Shown here piece by piece: positions 20,553 through 30,459 of a stretch of DNA of 60,880 bases. Source of the DNA: an uncultured Aquiluna sp. (GTDB lineage: Bacteria; Actinomycetota; Actinomycetes; Actinomycetales; Microbacteriaceae). The DNA lies in assembly GCA_964468885.1 (NCBI GenBank), contig CAYXWU010000001.1, positions 1 to 60,880 of the forward strand, given 5' to 3'. The translations under genes were made by a program, and so were the position numbers. The stretch's first letter is position 1; every line of letters begins with the position of its first letter. Below the pieces are notes generated by a model. That model did no database searches and had not been told where the DNA came from. It saw only the letters and a list, made by a program, of their open reading frames with translations.

Positions 20553-22002
20553 AGCTTTATTTCTTATCGGCACCCTGACTCTCACAGGCTGCACGGCAAT
20601 AGAGGGGTTAGCACCTGCACCAAAACCAACGGGTCCCGTTGAAGAGCAGCAGCTTAGCTGGACAGACTGCAACGATGGATTTGAGTGCGCTGAGATTTTC
20701 GCGCCACTTGACTGGACAGCCGACACCGGTGAGTTTGTTCAGATTCAGCTGATGCGAAAGACCGGAACCGAAAACTTGCCACCGATTCTGGTAAACCCAG
20801 GTGGCCCAGGCTCTGCTTCTACCAAGTGGCTAAGAGAGGGCTATGACTCATTGGGGACCAGTTGGCTTCGTGAAAATTATCAAGTTTTAGCCTTTGATCC
20901 TCGTGGGGTTGGAGAGTCAACTGCGGTTACATGCACCGATGTTGATTTGAAAGATGAAGTTCTCTATGGACAATCGCCATATCCTTATGGGTCTGATGAG
21001 GATCTTGAATTCTCAAAAGAGTTAGTTCAGCGCTTTGCAGAAAGCTGCCAAGAATCAGGACCATCTCCGGCTTATTTCAACACCCAGCAAACCGCGCGGG
21101 ACATGGAACTTATTCGTATCTTGTTTGGACAAGATCAACTGAACTTCCTGGGCTTTAGCTATGGAACTGAGCTTGGTGCAACCTACGCAGCTTTGTTTCC
21201 AGATCGAGTTGGCAAGTTTGTTTTGGATGGCGCAGTTGATCCAATTGCAGATCCTGGAACACAGCTTCTGGGTCAAGTAAAAGGATTTGATAAGGCACTT
21301 CGGGCATACCTCGCAGACTGTCTAACTCAACCCGCCTGTCCATTTAGTGGCGATGTTGACTCTGCTATGGGTGTAATTGCAAGTTTTCTGAAGGCTCGTG
21401 AAACAGTGCCACTGCCAACTGATTCCGATCGCACACTCGGTATCCAGCCAGCAATTTCGGGAATGATTGTTACCTTGTACTCACAAGGTTCTTGGCAATA
21501 TCTATCTCAAGCTTTTGACAGCGCCTTTGATGGCGACGGCACCATTTTTATGTTGCTTGCTGACTTCTATAACGACCGCAATCCCGATGGTGGATACCTT
21601 ACAAACATCAATGAAGCCAACTTTGCTATTTCCTGTGCGGACCGAGTTTCGCAGCCCGAGCGCAAAGATTTGACTGCGGAAATTACTGAAGCCAGCATCG
21701 TCTTCGGCCGATACTTTAGCTATCCAGATATTTCCTGCACCGGTTGGCCAGCAGGTATTGGAATGCAGAAGCTTAACTTCAGTCAAGAACTAGCCACTCA
21801 ACCAATGGTGGTTGGAACAACTGGAGATCCGGCAACTCCTTACGAGCAGGCCCAAGCGCTTGCAGAGCTTCTTGGTGGCAAACTTCTTACCCTTCGCGGC
21901 GAGGGCCACACAGCCTATGGTTCAAATGGCTGTGTGAGCTCATTGGTTGATGCCTATCTTGAGGGCACTGACCTTGGAACTGGCAACCTGAACTGCCTCT
22001 AA
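20542..22002 (+). CDS. Lipoprotein alpha/beta hydrolase (TAP-like peptidase)
   Basis: Lipobox LTGC, NPGGPG, GFSYG, GDPATP, GEGH. Confidence 0.9.
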   Translation: MRLRALFLIGTLTLTGCTAIEGLAPAPKPTGPVEEQQLSWTDCNDGFECAEIFAPLDWTADTGEFVQIQLMRKTGTENLPPILVNPGGPGSASTKWLREGYDSLGTSWLRENYQVLAFDPRGVGESTAVTCTDVDLKDEVLYGQSPYPYGSDEDLEFSKELVQRFAESCQESGPSPAYFNTQQTARDMELIRILFGQDQLNFLGFSYGTELGATYAALFPDRVGKFVLDGAVDPIADPGTQLLGQVKGFDKALRAYLADCLTQPACPFSGDVDSAMGVIASFLKARETVPLPTDSDRTLGIQPAISGMIVTLYSQGSWQYLSQAFDSAFDGDGTIFMLLADFYNDRNPDGGYLTNINEANFAISCADRVSQPERKDLTAEITEASIVFGRYFSYPDISCTGWPAGIGMQKLNFSQELATQPMVVGTTGDPATPYEQAQALAELLGGKLLTLRGEGHTAYGSNGCVSSLVDAYLEGTDLGTGNLNCL

Positions 22003-22367
22003 AGGTAGAGAGCGGCCAGTATTGCCAGATAAATGGCAATAAAAATAGCTGGCGTTACGAACTTTACGACCTCAAGCCATGGTCTGAAACTAATCACCCG
22101 ATTACGAGTGGCAGAAGTGCCAGGCAGTTGCTTTAGATCATCAATAACGGCCTGGGCCTGAGCAGCTGCTGAATACTCGGCCAGAGCTCCCAAGATTCCA
22201 GAGGCCAGCAGAATTAGTGCGAAAGCGTGAACCACGAATTGATTACTTGCAGCGATGGCTGGAGTTGCTAAGGCTGCGAATGCAAGAAGTCCCGTCGGGG
22301 CCAGTTGAGCCAGAATTATGTGCAGCCGATTTCTTTGAAACTCGTGGATTAGTTCAGCCTCAGTCAT
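21999..22367 (-). CDS. Hypothetical membrane protein (about 122 aa)
   Basis: ATG 22367 behind AGGAG SD; three hydrophobic helices; longer ORF-track start would overlap the divergent gene. Confidence 0.7.
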   Translation of the reverse strand: MTEAELIHEFQRNRLHIILAQLAPTGLLAFAALATPAIAASNQFVVHAFALILLASGILGALAEYSAAAQAQAVIDDLKQLPGTSATRNRVISFRPWLEVVKFVTPAIFIAIYLAILAALYL

Positions 22368-22405
22368 GGTTGCTCCTAGTTGATTCGATACAAGGTTAGG
22401 CGACA

Positions 22406-23317
22406 ATGGCGAACAATGCGCTGCAGGAGTACTTTTCCCGCAAGTTTCGTCGCCTGCTGTCTGGAGCACCAGACGGCATTCCTCCCTGGTTAGAAGCCGT
22501 CGCCAAAGGTGATGACCCGGGACTGTTTCTTCCCAGCGATGCACCTTGGGTAGTACACCGAGATTTCGCAACATTGGTTGGCGGCATAAGGGCGTTATTG
22601 CTGCAGGCCATGCATCCCGGTGCTCTTGGAGGAGTCACGCAGCACTCCAGATATGAAGAGGACCCACTTGGCCGACTCTCCGGCACAATCCGCTGGTTGA
22701 CCGTGACAACATTTGGTTCTTTGGAAGCCGTCACCCAAGAGGCAAATCGGGTTAATCGAATGCATGACAAGGTCAGCGGAAACTACGTTGATAAATCGGG
22801 AAACACAAAAAGCTATCGAGCAAGTGACGCAGAACTCCTCCTTTGGGTTCACATTGCCTTCATGGATTCATTCCTGCGCTCTCACCAGCTTTATTCGCGG
22901 GCAGTGATTCCTGGAGGTGCTGATCAATATGTCTTGCTATGGGGTAAGTCAGTTGAACCACTTGGCTTGACTAATGTGCCAAAGAGTGAAGCGCAACTTA
23001 TCGAGATTATGGATCAGTATTCCTCTTCACTTAACTGTGACGAAAAGGCTTTGTCTGTTATCCGGTGGATAAGAAATGCCCCTCTTCCGAAGTCGGCTAA
23101 GCCCGTTTATGCGCTTCTATTTCAAGCAGCTCTTGCTTCTTTACCTAGTGAAATCAAAGAAAAAATTGGAATTCGCCATTTGCCTTTATGGATTCTTCGG
23201 CCCTTAGTTACAAATTTGTTGGCTTTCGGACGATTCATCATCGGCCCTGATTCTCCAATTGAGGATGCGGCTATTGCTCGCCTTCGACGTCTGGGCGCCA
23301 TTCCTAACATCCAGTAG
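22406..23317 (+). CDS. MpaB/DUF2236 ER-bound oxygenase family protein
   Basis: GGIRALLLQAMHP, HS, RL, VNRMH, LLWVH motifs. Confidence 0.88.
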   Translation: MANNALQEYFSRKFRRLLSGAPDGIPPWLEAVAKGDDPGLFLPSDAPWVVHRDFATLVGGIRALLLQAMHPGALGGVTQHSRYEEDPLGRLSGTIRWLTVTTFGSLEAVTQEANRVNRMHDKVSGNYVDKSGNTKSYRASDAELLLWVHIAFMDSFLRSHQLYSRAVIPGGADQYVLLWGKSVEPLGLTNVPKSEAQLIEIMDQYSSSLNCDEKALSVIRWIRNAPLPKSAKPVYALLFQAALASLPSEIKEKIGIRHLPLWILRPLVTNLLAFGRFIIGPDSPIEDAAIARLRRLGAIPNIQ

Positions 23318-23333
23318 ACTCGCAAGCGCTATC

Positions 23334-23406
23334 GCCACCTTAGCTCAGTCGGTAGAGCAGCTCCCTCGTAAAGAGCAGGTCGACGGTTCGATTCCGTCAG
23401 GTGGCT
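23334..23406 (+). tRNA. tRNA-Thr(CGT)
   Basis: Cloverleaf GCCACCT/AGGTGGC, anticodon loop CT-CGT-AA, TTCGATT T loop; CCA not encoded. Confidence 0.95.
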
Positions 23407-23479
23407 CAAACTCAGGAATGAATGCTCGAATCTTCCTGTTGACTCTTGGAAATACTAGGACAATCAAAAAAAGGGAAGA

Positions 23480-24577
23480 GTGATGGCAACCAAGAGCCTT
23501 GGCAGCAAGCTTTACTACGTCATTCCTCCAATTGCACTTTTTGCCCTGCTTCTCACTTGGAGTGCGTCACTAACCGCCCCTAGTCAGATCCTTCTCGGAT
23601 TTCTTTTGGTTGCCACCGTCTACGTGGCAGTTCACCATGCTGAGACTGTGGCGTTGCGGGTTGGTGAACCATTTGGAACACTAATTCTTGCTGTTGCCGT
23701 GACTGTAATTGAAGTTGGCATGATTGTGGTTTTGATTCTCGACAACCCCGAAGGATCCAGGGATTTAGCTCGCGACACTGTGTTCTCGGCGGTGATGATT
23801 ACCACTAACGCGATCGTTGGAAGCTCTTTGCTTATCAAGACGCTGAGAAATCGTGAAGCCACCTTCAGGTCAGAGGGGGTTAGTGGAGCGCTTGCGGTTT
23901 TGGCAGCACTGAGCATTGTAAGTTTGGTTTTGCCTGCCACCACGACCTCTTCGCCGGGACCAACCTTCAATTCCTTTCAGTTGGGTTTTGCCGCGGTATC
24001 CGCATTGGTTCTTTACTTGGTCTTCGTTGGGGTTCAAACGATTCGTCACCGCGACTTCTTTTTGCCACCTCCCTTGCCCGATGGCACCGTTCGCGAGACA
24101 CAGCACGTTAGGGCTCCATCAACCCAAGTTGCAATCTGGAGTTTTGTGCTTTTGTTTGTTTCGTTGGTTTCCGTTGTTGGTCTTGCAAAGGTGACAAGTC
24201 CATTGATTCAAACCGCTGTGAGTGACTTTGGTCTGCCACAAAAGGTAGTTGCAGTAAGTATTGCGATTGTAGTTTTGCTGCCTGAGTGGATATCCGCCCT
24301 GCGAGCAGCCAGGTTTGGTAGAACGCAAACAAGTCTGAATCTTGCCTACGGTTCAGCCCTGGCTAGCATCGGATTGACCATCCCAGTTCTTGCAATTATC
24401 TCCGTCCTGTTTTCTTACGAAGTCAATCTTGGACTGAACGCAACCGAGACTAATCTTCTACTGCTGACTTTGATTGTTTCCGCTCTAACTGTTATTCCAG
24501 GTCGGGCAACTTTGATGCAGGCGACGGTGCACCTTGGAATTTTTGCTGCATTTCTAATGGTTGTAGTTGCGCCTTAG
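23480..24577 (+). CDS. Ca2+/H+ antiporter (CaCA, ChaA-like)
   Basis: HHAExVA.RVGEPFG, TVIEV, LARDTVF, LLPE, GSALASIGLTIP. Confidence 0.88.
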   Translation: MMATKSLGSKLYYVIPPIALFALLLTWSASLTAPSQILLGFLLVATVYVAVHHAETVALRVGEPFGTLILAVAVTVIEVGMIVVLILDNPEGSRDLARDTVFSAVMITTNAIVGSSLLIKTLRNREATFRSEGVSGALAVLAALSIVSLVLPATTTSSPGPTFNSFQLGFAAVSALVLYLVFVGVQTIRHRDFFLPPPLPDGTVRETQHVRAPSTQVAIWSFVLLFVSLVSVVGLAKVTSPLIQTAVSDFGLPQKVVAVSIAIVVLLPEWISALRAARFGRTQTSLNLAYGSALASIGLTIPVLAIISVLFSYEVNLGLNATETNLLLLTLIVSALTVIPGRATLMQATVHLGIFAAFLMVVVAP

Positions 24578-24702
24578 CGAAAGTCTGGGAAAACCAAGTC
24601 AATCAATTGAGGGCCAGCTACCAGAATCACTGCCAAAAAGAACAAGGCAATTCCAATGATTCGCCAAAGCTTCTCCAGGTCCTTGGGATCGCGACTTTTC
24701 AT
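24574..24702 (-). CDS. Small single-TM protein (42 aa)
   Basis: ATG 24702 with GAAAGGAGGG SD; MKSRDPKDLEKLWRIIGIALFFLAVILVAGPQLIDLVFPDFR. Confidence 0.65.
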   Translation of the reverse strand: MKSRDPKDLEKLWRIIGIALFFLAVILVAGPQLIDLVFPDFR

Positions 24703-24771
24703 GATTTCCCTCCTTTCTTGATTCTGCTCTAAGTTTGGGATTAGTTCGAATCCAAAATTGTTTACTTTTCT

Positions 24772-25281
24772 ATGTCCCCCTGTAATCGCTGCGGAATCTC
24801 CTTCCACCCCGAGCTGCCTAAGTGTCCGGTTTGTGGTCAGCTGCGAGCAAATGAGGCAACTAGACGGCGCAAGCTTTGGTATCTGACAAACACAATTTTG
24901 GTTAGTTTCGTCGCAGTTGTAGTTGGTATGCGAGCTATCACCGGGGGAGATATTCAGGTAGGGATGTCGGCATCTGATTGCTCACAGGCTCGAGTCTTGG
25001 CAGAAGAAACGAGGTATGCCCTTGAGTCCCTCAGTAGCGATAAAGATAGAGCAACTAAGGAACTGCAGGCCGTTTCACAAGCTTGGAGTGGACTTGCCGA
25101 GAACTATGTTCCGGGTAAATACTCGTGGTCCACATCTGGGCGCGAACACAATTGGCTTGAGAGACTCGCTAGCAGCACTAACCAGCTTGCAAGTGGTGGT
25201 GAGGTAAAAGTGGAAGAGATTGACAATCCCATCAAGTACGTCTCCGAACTAACAAGGCTTTACCCAAGGTTCTGTTCCTAG
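24772..25281 (+). CDS. Hypothetical membrane protein with N-terminal Zn ribbon
   Basis: CNRC...CPVC, basic RRRK, one TM helix. Confidence 0.7.
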   Translation: MSPCNRCGISFHPELPKCPVCGQLRANEATRRRKLWYLTNTILVSFVAVVVGMRAITGGDIQVGMSASDCSQARVLAEETRYALESLSSDKDRATKELQAVSQAWSGLAENYVPGKYSWSTSGREHNWLERLASSTNQLASGGEVKVEEIDNPIKYVSELTRLYPRFCS

Positions 25282-25309
25282 CTGCTAGATTTTGTGCACT
25301 GGAGGAATC

Positions 25310-25726
25310 ATGGCTGGAACAAAGTCTGCATTTACTGAAGCTGAGCGCAATGCAATGAAGGAACGAGCTAGAGAAGCTCGTGAATTCAAAAAGTTATCTG
25401 GTGAGGAGCAGGTGCAGCTCAAAATTGCCGAAATGAGTAAGGCTGATCAAAAACTTGCCAAGGGAATACACAAATTGGTCATGGGAATATCCGACAAGAT
25501 AACGACCCGCACCTGGTATGGAATGCCCGCTTACTATGTCAACGACAAAGTCGTTTGCTTCTTTCAAGCTGGTAGCAAGTTTGAAAGCAGATATTCAACA
25601 TTCGGCTTTCAGCAAGCAGCCAACTTAGATGATGGACCTTGGTGGGCAACTTCATTTGCAATTCGTGAACTAAACGATGAAGTGTCTAAAAAGATTGTCA
25701 AGCTGGTTAAGAAAGCTATTTCCTAG
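25310..25726 (+). CDS. DUF1801/YdhG-like protein
   Basis: FTEAERNAMKERA, TWYGMPAY, VCFFQ, RYSTFGF; ATG behind GGAGG. Confidence 0.85.
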   Translation: MAGTKSAFTEAERNAMKERAREAREFKKLSGEEQVQLKIAEMSKADQKLAKGIHKLVMGISDKITTRTWYGMPAYYVNDKVVCFFQAGSKFESRYSTFGFQQAANLDDGPWWATSFAIRELNDEVSKKIVKLVKKAIS

Positions 25727-26085
25727 TCCATTTTGCATTCGGGTTTGCCGCCCGGCAATCGATGACGATTCTTTGCAATCCAGTAGTACACATTTTTTGC
25801 TACTGACCTAATTACGGGTAATTTCAAGATGACACCAAAAACTGAATAAGCAGTTTTCGAATCAATTAGCAATTGAGCAATTGCTTGCGCGGCCACCAGG
25901 TACTTGCCATCGCGTACGTAATAGACAGCCTTTGAGGTCAATTCTGAGCTGAGCCCCAGTGACGGCAGATCCAGCTTTTGATAAGGCTTTATTGGCGTGA
26001 TTTCGCGTGTCATTTTTCGCATTACTCTGGCCGCAGAGCTGCAGAAAGCGCAGTCGCCATCGAAGATAAACACCCGATTTTCCAT
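25723..26085 (-). CDS. DCC1/DUF393 thiol-disulfide oxidoreductase-like protein
   Basis: FDGDCAFC, YYWIAKNRHRLPGG. Confidence 0.9.
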   Translation of the reverse strand: MENRVFIFDGDCAFCSSAARVMRKMTREITPIKPYQKLDLPSLGLSSELTSKAVYYVRDGKYLVAAQAIAQLLIDSKTAYSVFGVILKLPVIRSVAKNVYYWIAKNRHRLPGGKPECKMD

Positions 26086-26160
26086 TGCTGTCTAGCGTAA
26101 TGCAGGTGTATCGTAGCTAGGTTGCCTATTTTTCAGGCATCGGAGGCATAGGCTGAAACA

Positions 26161-27528
26161 GTGACTCAAGACAGTCGCAAGCGCACGCTGCATCCGGCTC
26201 AGATAGTTGTTATCGCCTTCGGAGCAGCGGTATTGCTCGGCACCGTGCTTCTTTTACTCCCAATCTCCAGCGCCTCTGGCCAATCTACTGATTTTGTTAC
26301 CGCACTTTTTACAGCGGTATCTGCTGTGTGCTTGACCGGATTGACGGTTGTTGAAACTGGTACTTATTGGTCAGGTTTTGGCCATGTTGTCATCATGCTG
26401 CTAATCCAAGTTGGTGGTTTGGGAATCGTCGCCTTTGCCACCCTGGTTGGTCTTTTGATTGCAGGTCGCATTTCACTGCGTGATCGTCTAAATACCATCA
26501 CCGAGGCCAAAATTGTTGGCATTGACAGTATGCCTTCCTTACTTCGGACAATAATGCTCGTCTATTTTGGATTCGAAGTTGCTCTTGCGCTCTATCTCGG
26601 TGCTCGATTTCATTTGACCTACGACTATTCAACTTTTGAAGCTTTCTGGTATGGGCTTTTTCACGCAGTTGCAGCTTTCAATAATGCAGGGTTTTCTCTG
26701 TTTGCCGGAAGTATGACCGGTTTTGCAAGTGACTTGTTCGTGATTGCACCCATCATGATTGCTGTAATTGTGGGTGGACTGGGTTTTCCAGTCTTGATTG
26801 AAATCCACGAGAGAATCTGGCGATTGAACCCACAGCCAAGCGGTAAGCCAAGAAGATTTTCTCTTCACACGCGACTAACGCTTGGGACAAGCGGTATTTT
26901 GCTTCTGCTCGGAGCGGTCTTCATCTATCTTTTGGAAGTTGATAATCCTAAGACCCTGGGTCAGTTTGGTTTCTTTGAGCAGATTTGGAATGCCTTATTC
27001 ATGGCAACTATGCCTCGGTCGGGTGGGTTTAACAGCTTGGACATGGCGGAGCTCGATAGCGCTACCTGGCTCGGTATGGATCTTTTGATGTTTATTGGTG
27101 GCGGATCAGCCTCCACGGCGGGTGGAATCAAGGTAACGACCGTTGCCATTCTGATTTTCATCATCTACACCGAAATACGTGGTGAGACTGCCGTAAATGT
27201 TGGAAACAGAAGACTTCCAAGATCGATTCAACGCCAAGCTCTAACTTTGGTCGCACTTTACGCAACAGTGATTATCTTCAGCACCCTATTCCTGGCTGCC
27301 ACTACCAAGTTCAGCTTGGACAGCCTGTTGTTTGAAGTAATTTCTGCTTCCGCCACGGTTGGCTTGTCAACTGGAATTACTTCTGAACTGCCAGACTTTG
27401 CAAAGGTATGGCTTGCATTACTTATGTTTATTGGTCGCCTAGGACCGGTGGTGGTTGCATCCGCACTTGCCCTTCGTGTGACTAAGCGCCACTATGAATT
27501 ACCTAAGGAAAGGCCCCTAATTGGCTAA
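26161..27528 (+). CDS. ktrB: Ktr/Trk potassium uptake membrane subunit
   Basis: SAVCLTGL, AFNNAGF, MFIGG, ATVGLS pore loops. Confidence 0.9.
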   Translation: MTQDSRKRTLHPAQIVVIAFGAAVLLGTVLLLLPISSASGQSTDFVTALFTAVSAVCLTGLTVVETGTYWSGFGHVVIMLLIQVGGLGIVAFATLVGLLIAGRISLRDRLNTITEAKIVGIDSMPSLLRTIMLVYFGFEVALALYLGARFHLTYDYSTFEAFWYGLFHAVAAFNNAGFSLFAGSMTGFASDLFVIAPIMIAVIVGGLGFPVLIEIHERIWRLNPQPSGKPRRFSLHTRLTLGTSGILLLLGAVFIYLLEVDNPKTLGQFGFFEQIWNALFMATMPRSGGFNSLDMAELDSATWLGMDLLMFIGGGSASTAGGIKVTTVAILIFIIYTEIRGETAVNVGNRRLPRSIQRQALTLVALYATVIIFSTLFLAATTKFSLDSLLFEVISASATVGLSTGITSELPDFAKVWLALLMFIGRLGPVVVASALALRVTKRHYELPKERPLIG

Positions 27529-28201
27529 GGAAAGAGCAAAGAAAAGAATCCTCCACAGCAATGTGATGGTGGTTGGTTTAGGCAGATTTGGTTCTGCCCT
27601 AGCACTTGAATTGATGCGCACTGGCCACGAAGTGCTTGGTGTAGACACCGATGAGCGCATAGTCCAACAGATGTCACAAGAACTGACGCACACCGTCAAG
27701 GCCGACACTACCGATGAGGCAACTCTGCGTGAGCTCGGGGTTACTGAGTTTGACTCCGCCGTGGTTGCAATTGGAGCTGATATTGAATCAAGTATCCTCA
27801 CGACTTCACTTTTGCTTCAACTTGGCGTTCCAAATGTGTGGGCTAAAGCCAATTCCACCTCTCATGGCATGATTCTCAAGCAGCTGGGCTGTCACCACGT
27901 CATTTTCCCTGAAGCTGAAATGGGTAAGCGCGTTGCCCACATGGTTTCTGGTGAGACTCTTGATTATGTTTCGATTGACAGCGACTTTGTGATGGTGAAG
28001 ACAGAGGTCCCTTCGAGCTTTGATGGTCAGACGCTAGCTGATCTTAAGATTCGTTCAACTTATGGTGTTACGGTAGTGGCCGTCACCAAGGGGGATGGCA
28101 AATATGTACCTGCTTTCCCGGAGACTGTTCTGAACGAAGGTAATCAAATTGTGGTAGCTGGTCAGGTTGAGCCACTCAACGAGTTCTGCAAACTTGCATA
28201 A
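27521..28201 (+). CDS. ktrA: Ktr/Trk RCK regulatory subunit
   Basis: VVGLGRFG, FPEAEMG, TrkA-C domain. Confidence 0.9.
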   Translation: MAKERAKKRILHSNVMVVGLGRFGSALALELMRTGHEVLGVDTDERIVQQMSQELTHTVKADTTDEATLRELGVTEFDSAVVAIGADIESSILTTSLLLQLGVPNVWAKANSTSHGMILKQLGCHHVIFPEAEMGKRVAHMVSGETLDYVSIDSDFVMVKTEVPSSFDGQTLADLKIRSTYGVTVVAVTKGDGKYVPAFPETVLNEGNQIVVAGQVEPLNEFCKLA

Positions 28202-28219
28202 GAAAATTCAAAGGGGAAA

Positions 28220-28603
28220 TTGGTGACTGTTTTGTTTTGGCTAGCTAGCGCTTTGGTAATTGGAGTAATCAGCTTCTTTTATCACCCGTCAATTGAGCTG
28301 GCAGCTGGTGGACTTGTCATAGGTCTAGCTCTAAATCTTCTCATTACCTGGTCTTCCAGCAAACTAACCGGAACTAAGTGGTGGATTGGCCGGGTCGCTC
28401 TGATTTCCATGGTGGCGGGACTCATGAACTCCACTGCGCTGGATGTTTTATATTCGCTTTTTGCTGCTCCAGCAGGCGGCCGACTTCAAATTGGTTTTGA
28501 AACTGTTGCGGGCGGTTTGGTTCTAACCGCACTCGCTTATCTAAATCTTTTTCTTGGGTCGAAGAAAGAAAAAGACAGCGGCGGCAGCAACACCAAGCGA
28601 TAA
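28220..28603 (+). CDS. Hypothetical 4-TM membrane protein
   Basis: Hydrophobic ORF with AAGGGG SD following ktrA. Confidence 0.6.
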   Translation: MVTVLFWLASALVIGVISFFYHPSIELAAGGLVIGLALNLLITWSSSKLTGTKWWIGRVALISMVAGLMNSTALDVLYSLFAAPAGGRLQIGFETVAGGLVLTALAYLNLFLGSKKEKDSGGSNTKR

Positions 28604-29068
28604 CCACAGCAACCAATAAAAATCAGCTGGTTGTTCATTCGGTGCAATAAGGCCGTCACCGCAATCTGGGTAAACAAACTCAGGGTCAGAAACATAGCCC
28701 GCGCTGTTTTCAACCTCGAATGTAAATTCACCACTAATTGGATGACCATCCGATGAAACTACGCGCCAGGCAACTGTGTGGGTTCCGACTTGATCTAAGT
28801 CAGCCTGGAGGACTCCAAAGTTGCCATCTGTGGGCAAGCAGCCTGCGTATTTGATAGCGCCGTTCGGGCCCGTCACGAAGATTTCATTGCCGGTGCCATC
28901 TTCGAGTGTCAGTGGGTTAGCGCTGAATTCCAGACGAATGTCTACAACACCAGCCTGGACAGTCTCTCCTTGGGCTGGGGATTGGCTAACCAGTTCATCA
29001 TGGGCGTTCGCTGGCTGTGAAAATGCCAATGCCAGCACCAGAACTGAAATCGAGAGTTTATGCTTCAT
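28541..29068 (-). CDS. copC: CopC-family copper-binding protein with C-terminal anchor
   Basis: Signal peptide ending ANA|H, WRVVSSDGHPISG, C-terminal TM plus RPKKK. Confidence 0.88.
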   Translation of the reverse strand: MKHKLSISVLVLALAFSQPANAHDELVSQSPAQGETVQAGVVDIRLEFSANPLTLEDGTGNEIFVTGPNGAIKYAGCLPTDGNFGVLQADLDQVGTHTVAWRVVSSDGHPISGEFTFEVENSAGYVSDPEFVYPDCGDGLIAPNEQPADFYWLLWLSLGVAAAAVFFFLRPKKKI

Positions 29069-29070
29069 GA

Positions 29071-30459
29071 GTGAAATCTAACGCAGAACTCAAACCAATT
29101 CTGGTTGGCGTTGCCAGCGGTCTGGTAATTGGACTAATTGTCCTGCTCGGATTATTTCTTGGCCCGCTGGGAGGGGCTAATTCTGATTCGCAAGTCAGCA
29201 ATCCAGCGGAGACTTCGTTAGAGGGGCAACTAACGGAAGAAACTGAAACTCCGGCAGCGTCTGAGTCGCCTGAGGCAATTCAATGTTCTGTTACAGAGCT
29301 AGAAGAAGCCGTGGATGTGCTTGATTTGCAGGCCCAGGTAATTGATGTCGCTTCTGGCACAGTTTTGTTTGACAGATCAAGTTCTACACCAGCCAGACCT
29401 GCATCCGTGATGAAGCTGTTGACCGCAGCTGCAGCTTTAGAAACATTGGGTCCGAATTACCGCGTTACCACTCGTGTTTATGCAGATAGCCAGGATCCAT
29501 CAATTTTGTATCTGGTTGGAGCCGGTGACGTGACTCTTTCAAGAACAGCGCCTGGAACAAGTTCTGTCTATCGCAATGCACCAAAACTTGCTGATTTAGC
29601 TCGTCAGATTGCTAGCAAGGCACCCGGACAAACCATCAGTCAGATTGTTTTAGATAGCACTCTTTATGGAAGTCCAAATGGCGAGTATCAAAGCGTGTGG
29701 GATCAGCGTGGTCTTACAGAGGGATACATGTCCTACGTCTCTGCACTTCAGGTTGATGGGGATAGGTCTAATCCTGGCTCGAAAGACTCAGCAAGATCAA
29801 AAGATCCAGTCACTAAGGCAGGGGAGCACTTCAAGCAGGCGCTTGGTCAGAGTGCCACGGCAGCCGTGATTTCAAAAGGTGTTGCACCAGCCGACGCTGT
29901 TGAGATTGCGAGTGTTCGCTCAGCTCCACTATCAACTTGGATCGACTACATGCTAGTTGTCAGCGACAATACTTTGGCCGAAGCAATCGCGAGATTGGTT
30001 TCCTTGGAGGTCGGACAAAACGGTAGCTTCGCCTCCCTTACCCGTGCTTACCAAATTGCACTAGAGGGAACCAGAATAAATCTCGCTGGCTTGAAGGTTG
30101 AGGATGGCTCCGGGCTCTCTCGATTCAATCAAGTCTCGCCAGCAACAATCAACGAACTACTTAAGCTGATTGATAAAAACTACGGAAACTTCAAAGTGAT
30201 TCTGGATGGAATGCCAGTTTCAGGAACCCCTGGTTCGCTGGCTTATCGATTTGAAGATGCCGCTGGCAAGGTGATTGCCAAGTCTGGCTGGATTAGAACT
30301 GGCTACACGCTGGCTGGGTTCCTTTATCCAGAAGACGGGTCAAAGCTAATTTTTACCGTCTTTAATTTGGGTAATTCGGTTGCAATCAGGAATCAGGAAG
30401 CAATGGATGAGTTGGTGCTTGGTTTCTACGGTTGTGGCGCAAGTTTGGTGAATCGCTAA
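29071..30459 (+). CDS. dacB: D-Ala-D-Ala carboxypeptidase/endopeptidase (S13)
   Basis: PASVMK, SDN, DGSGLSR, KSG; N-terminal TM. Confidence 0.9.
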   Translation: MKSNAELKPILVGVASGLVIGLIVLLGLFLGPLGGANSDSQVSNPAETSLEGQLTEETETPAASESPEAIQCSVTELEEAVDVLDLQAQVIDVASGTVLFDRSSSTPARPASVMKLLTAAAALETLGPNYRVTTRVYADSQDPSILYLVGAGDVTLSRTAPGTSSVYRNAPKLADLARQIASKAPGQTISQIVLDSTLYGSPNGEYQSVWDQRGLTEGYMSYVSALQVDGDRSNPGSKDSARSKDPVTKAGEHFKQALGQSATAAVISKGVAPADAVEIASVRSAPLSTWIDYMLVVSDNTLAEAIARLVSLEVGQNGSFASLTRAYQIALEGTRINLAGLKVEDGSGLSRFNQVSPATINELLKLIDKNYGNFKVILDGMPVSGTPGSLAYRFEDAAGKVIAKSGWIRTGYTLAGFLYPEDGSKLIFTVFNLGNSVAIRNQEAMDELVLGFYGCGASLVNR

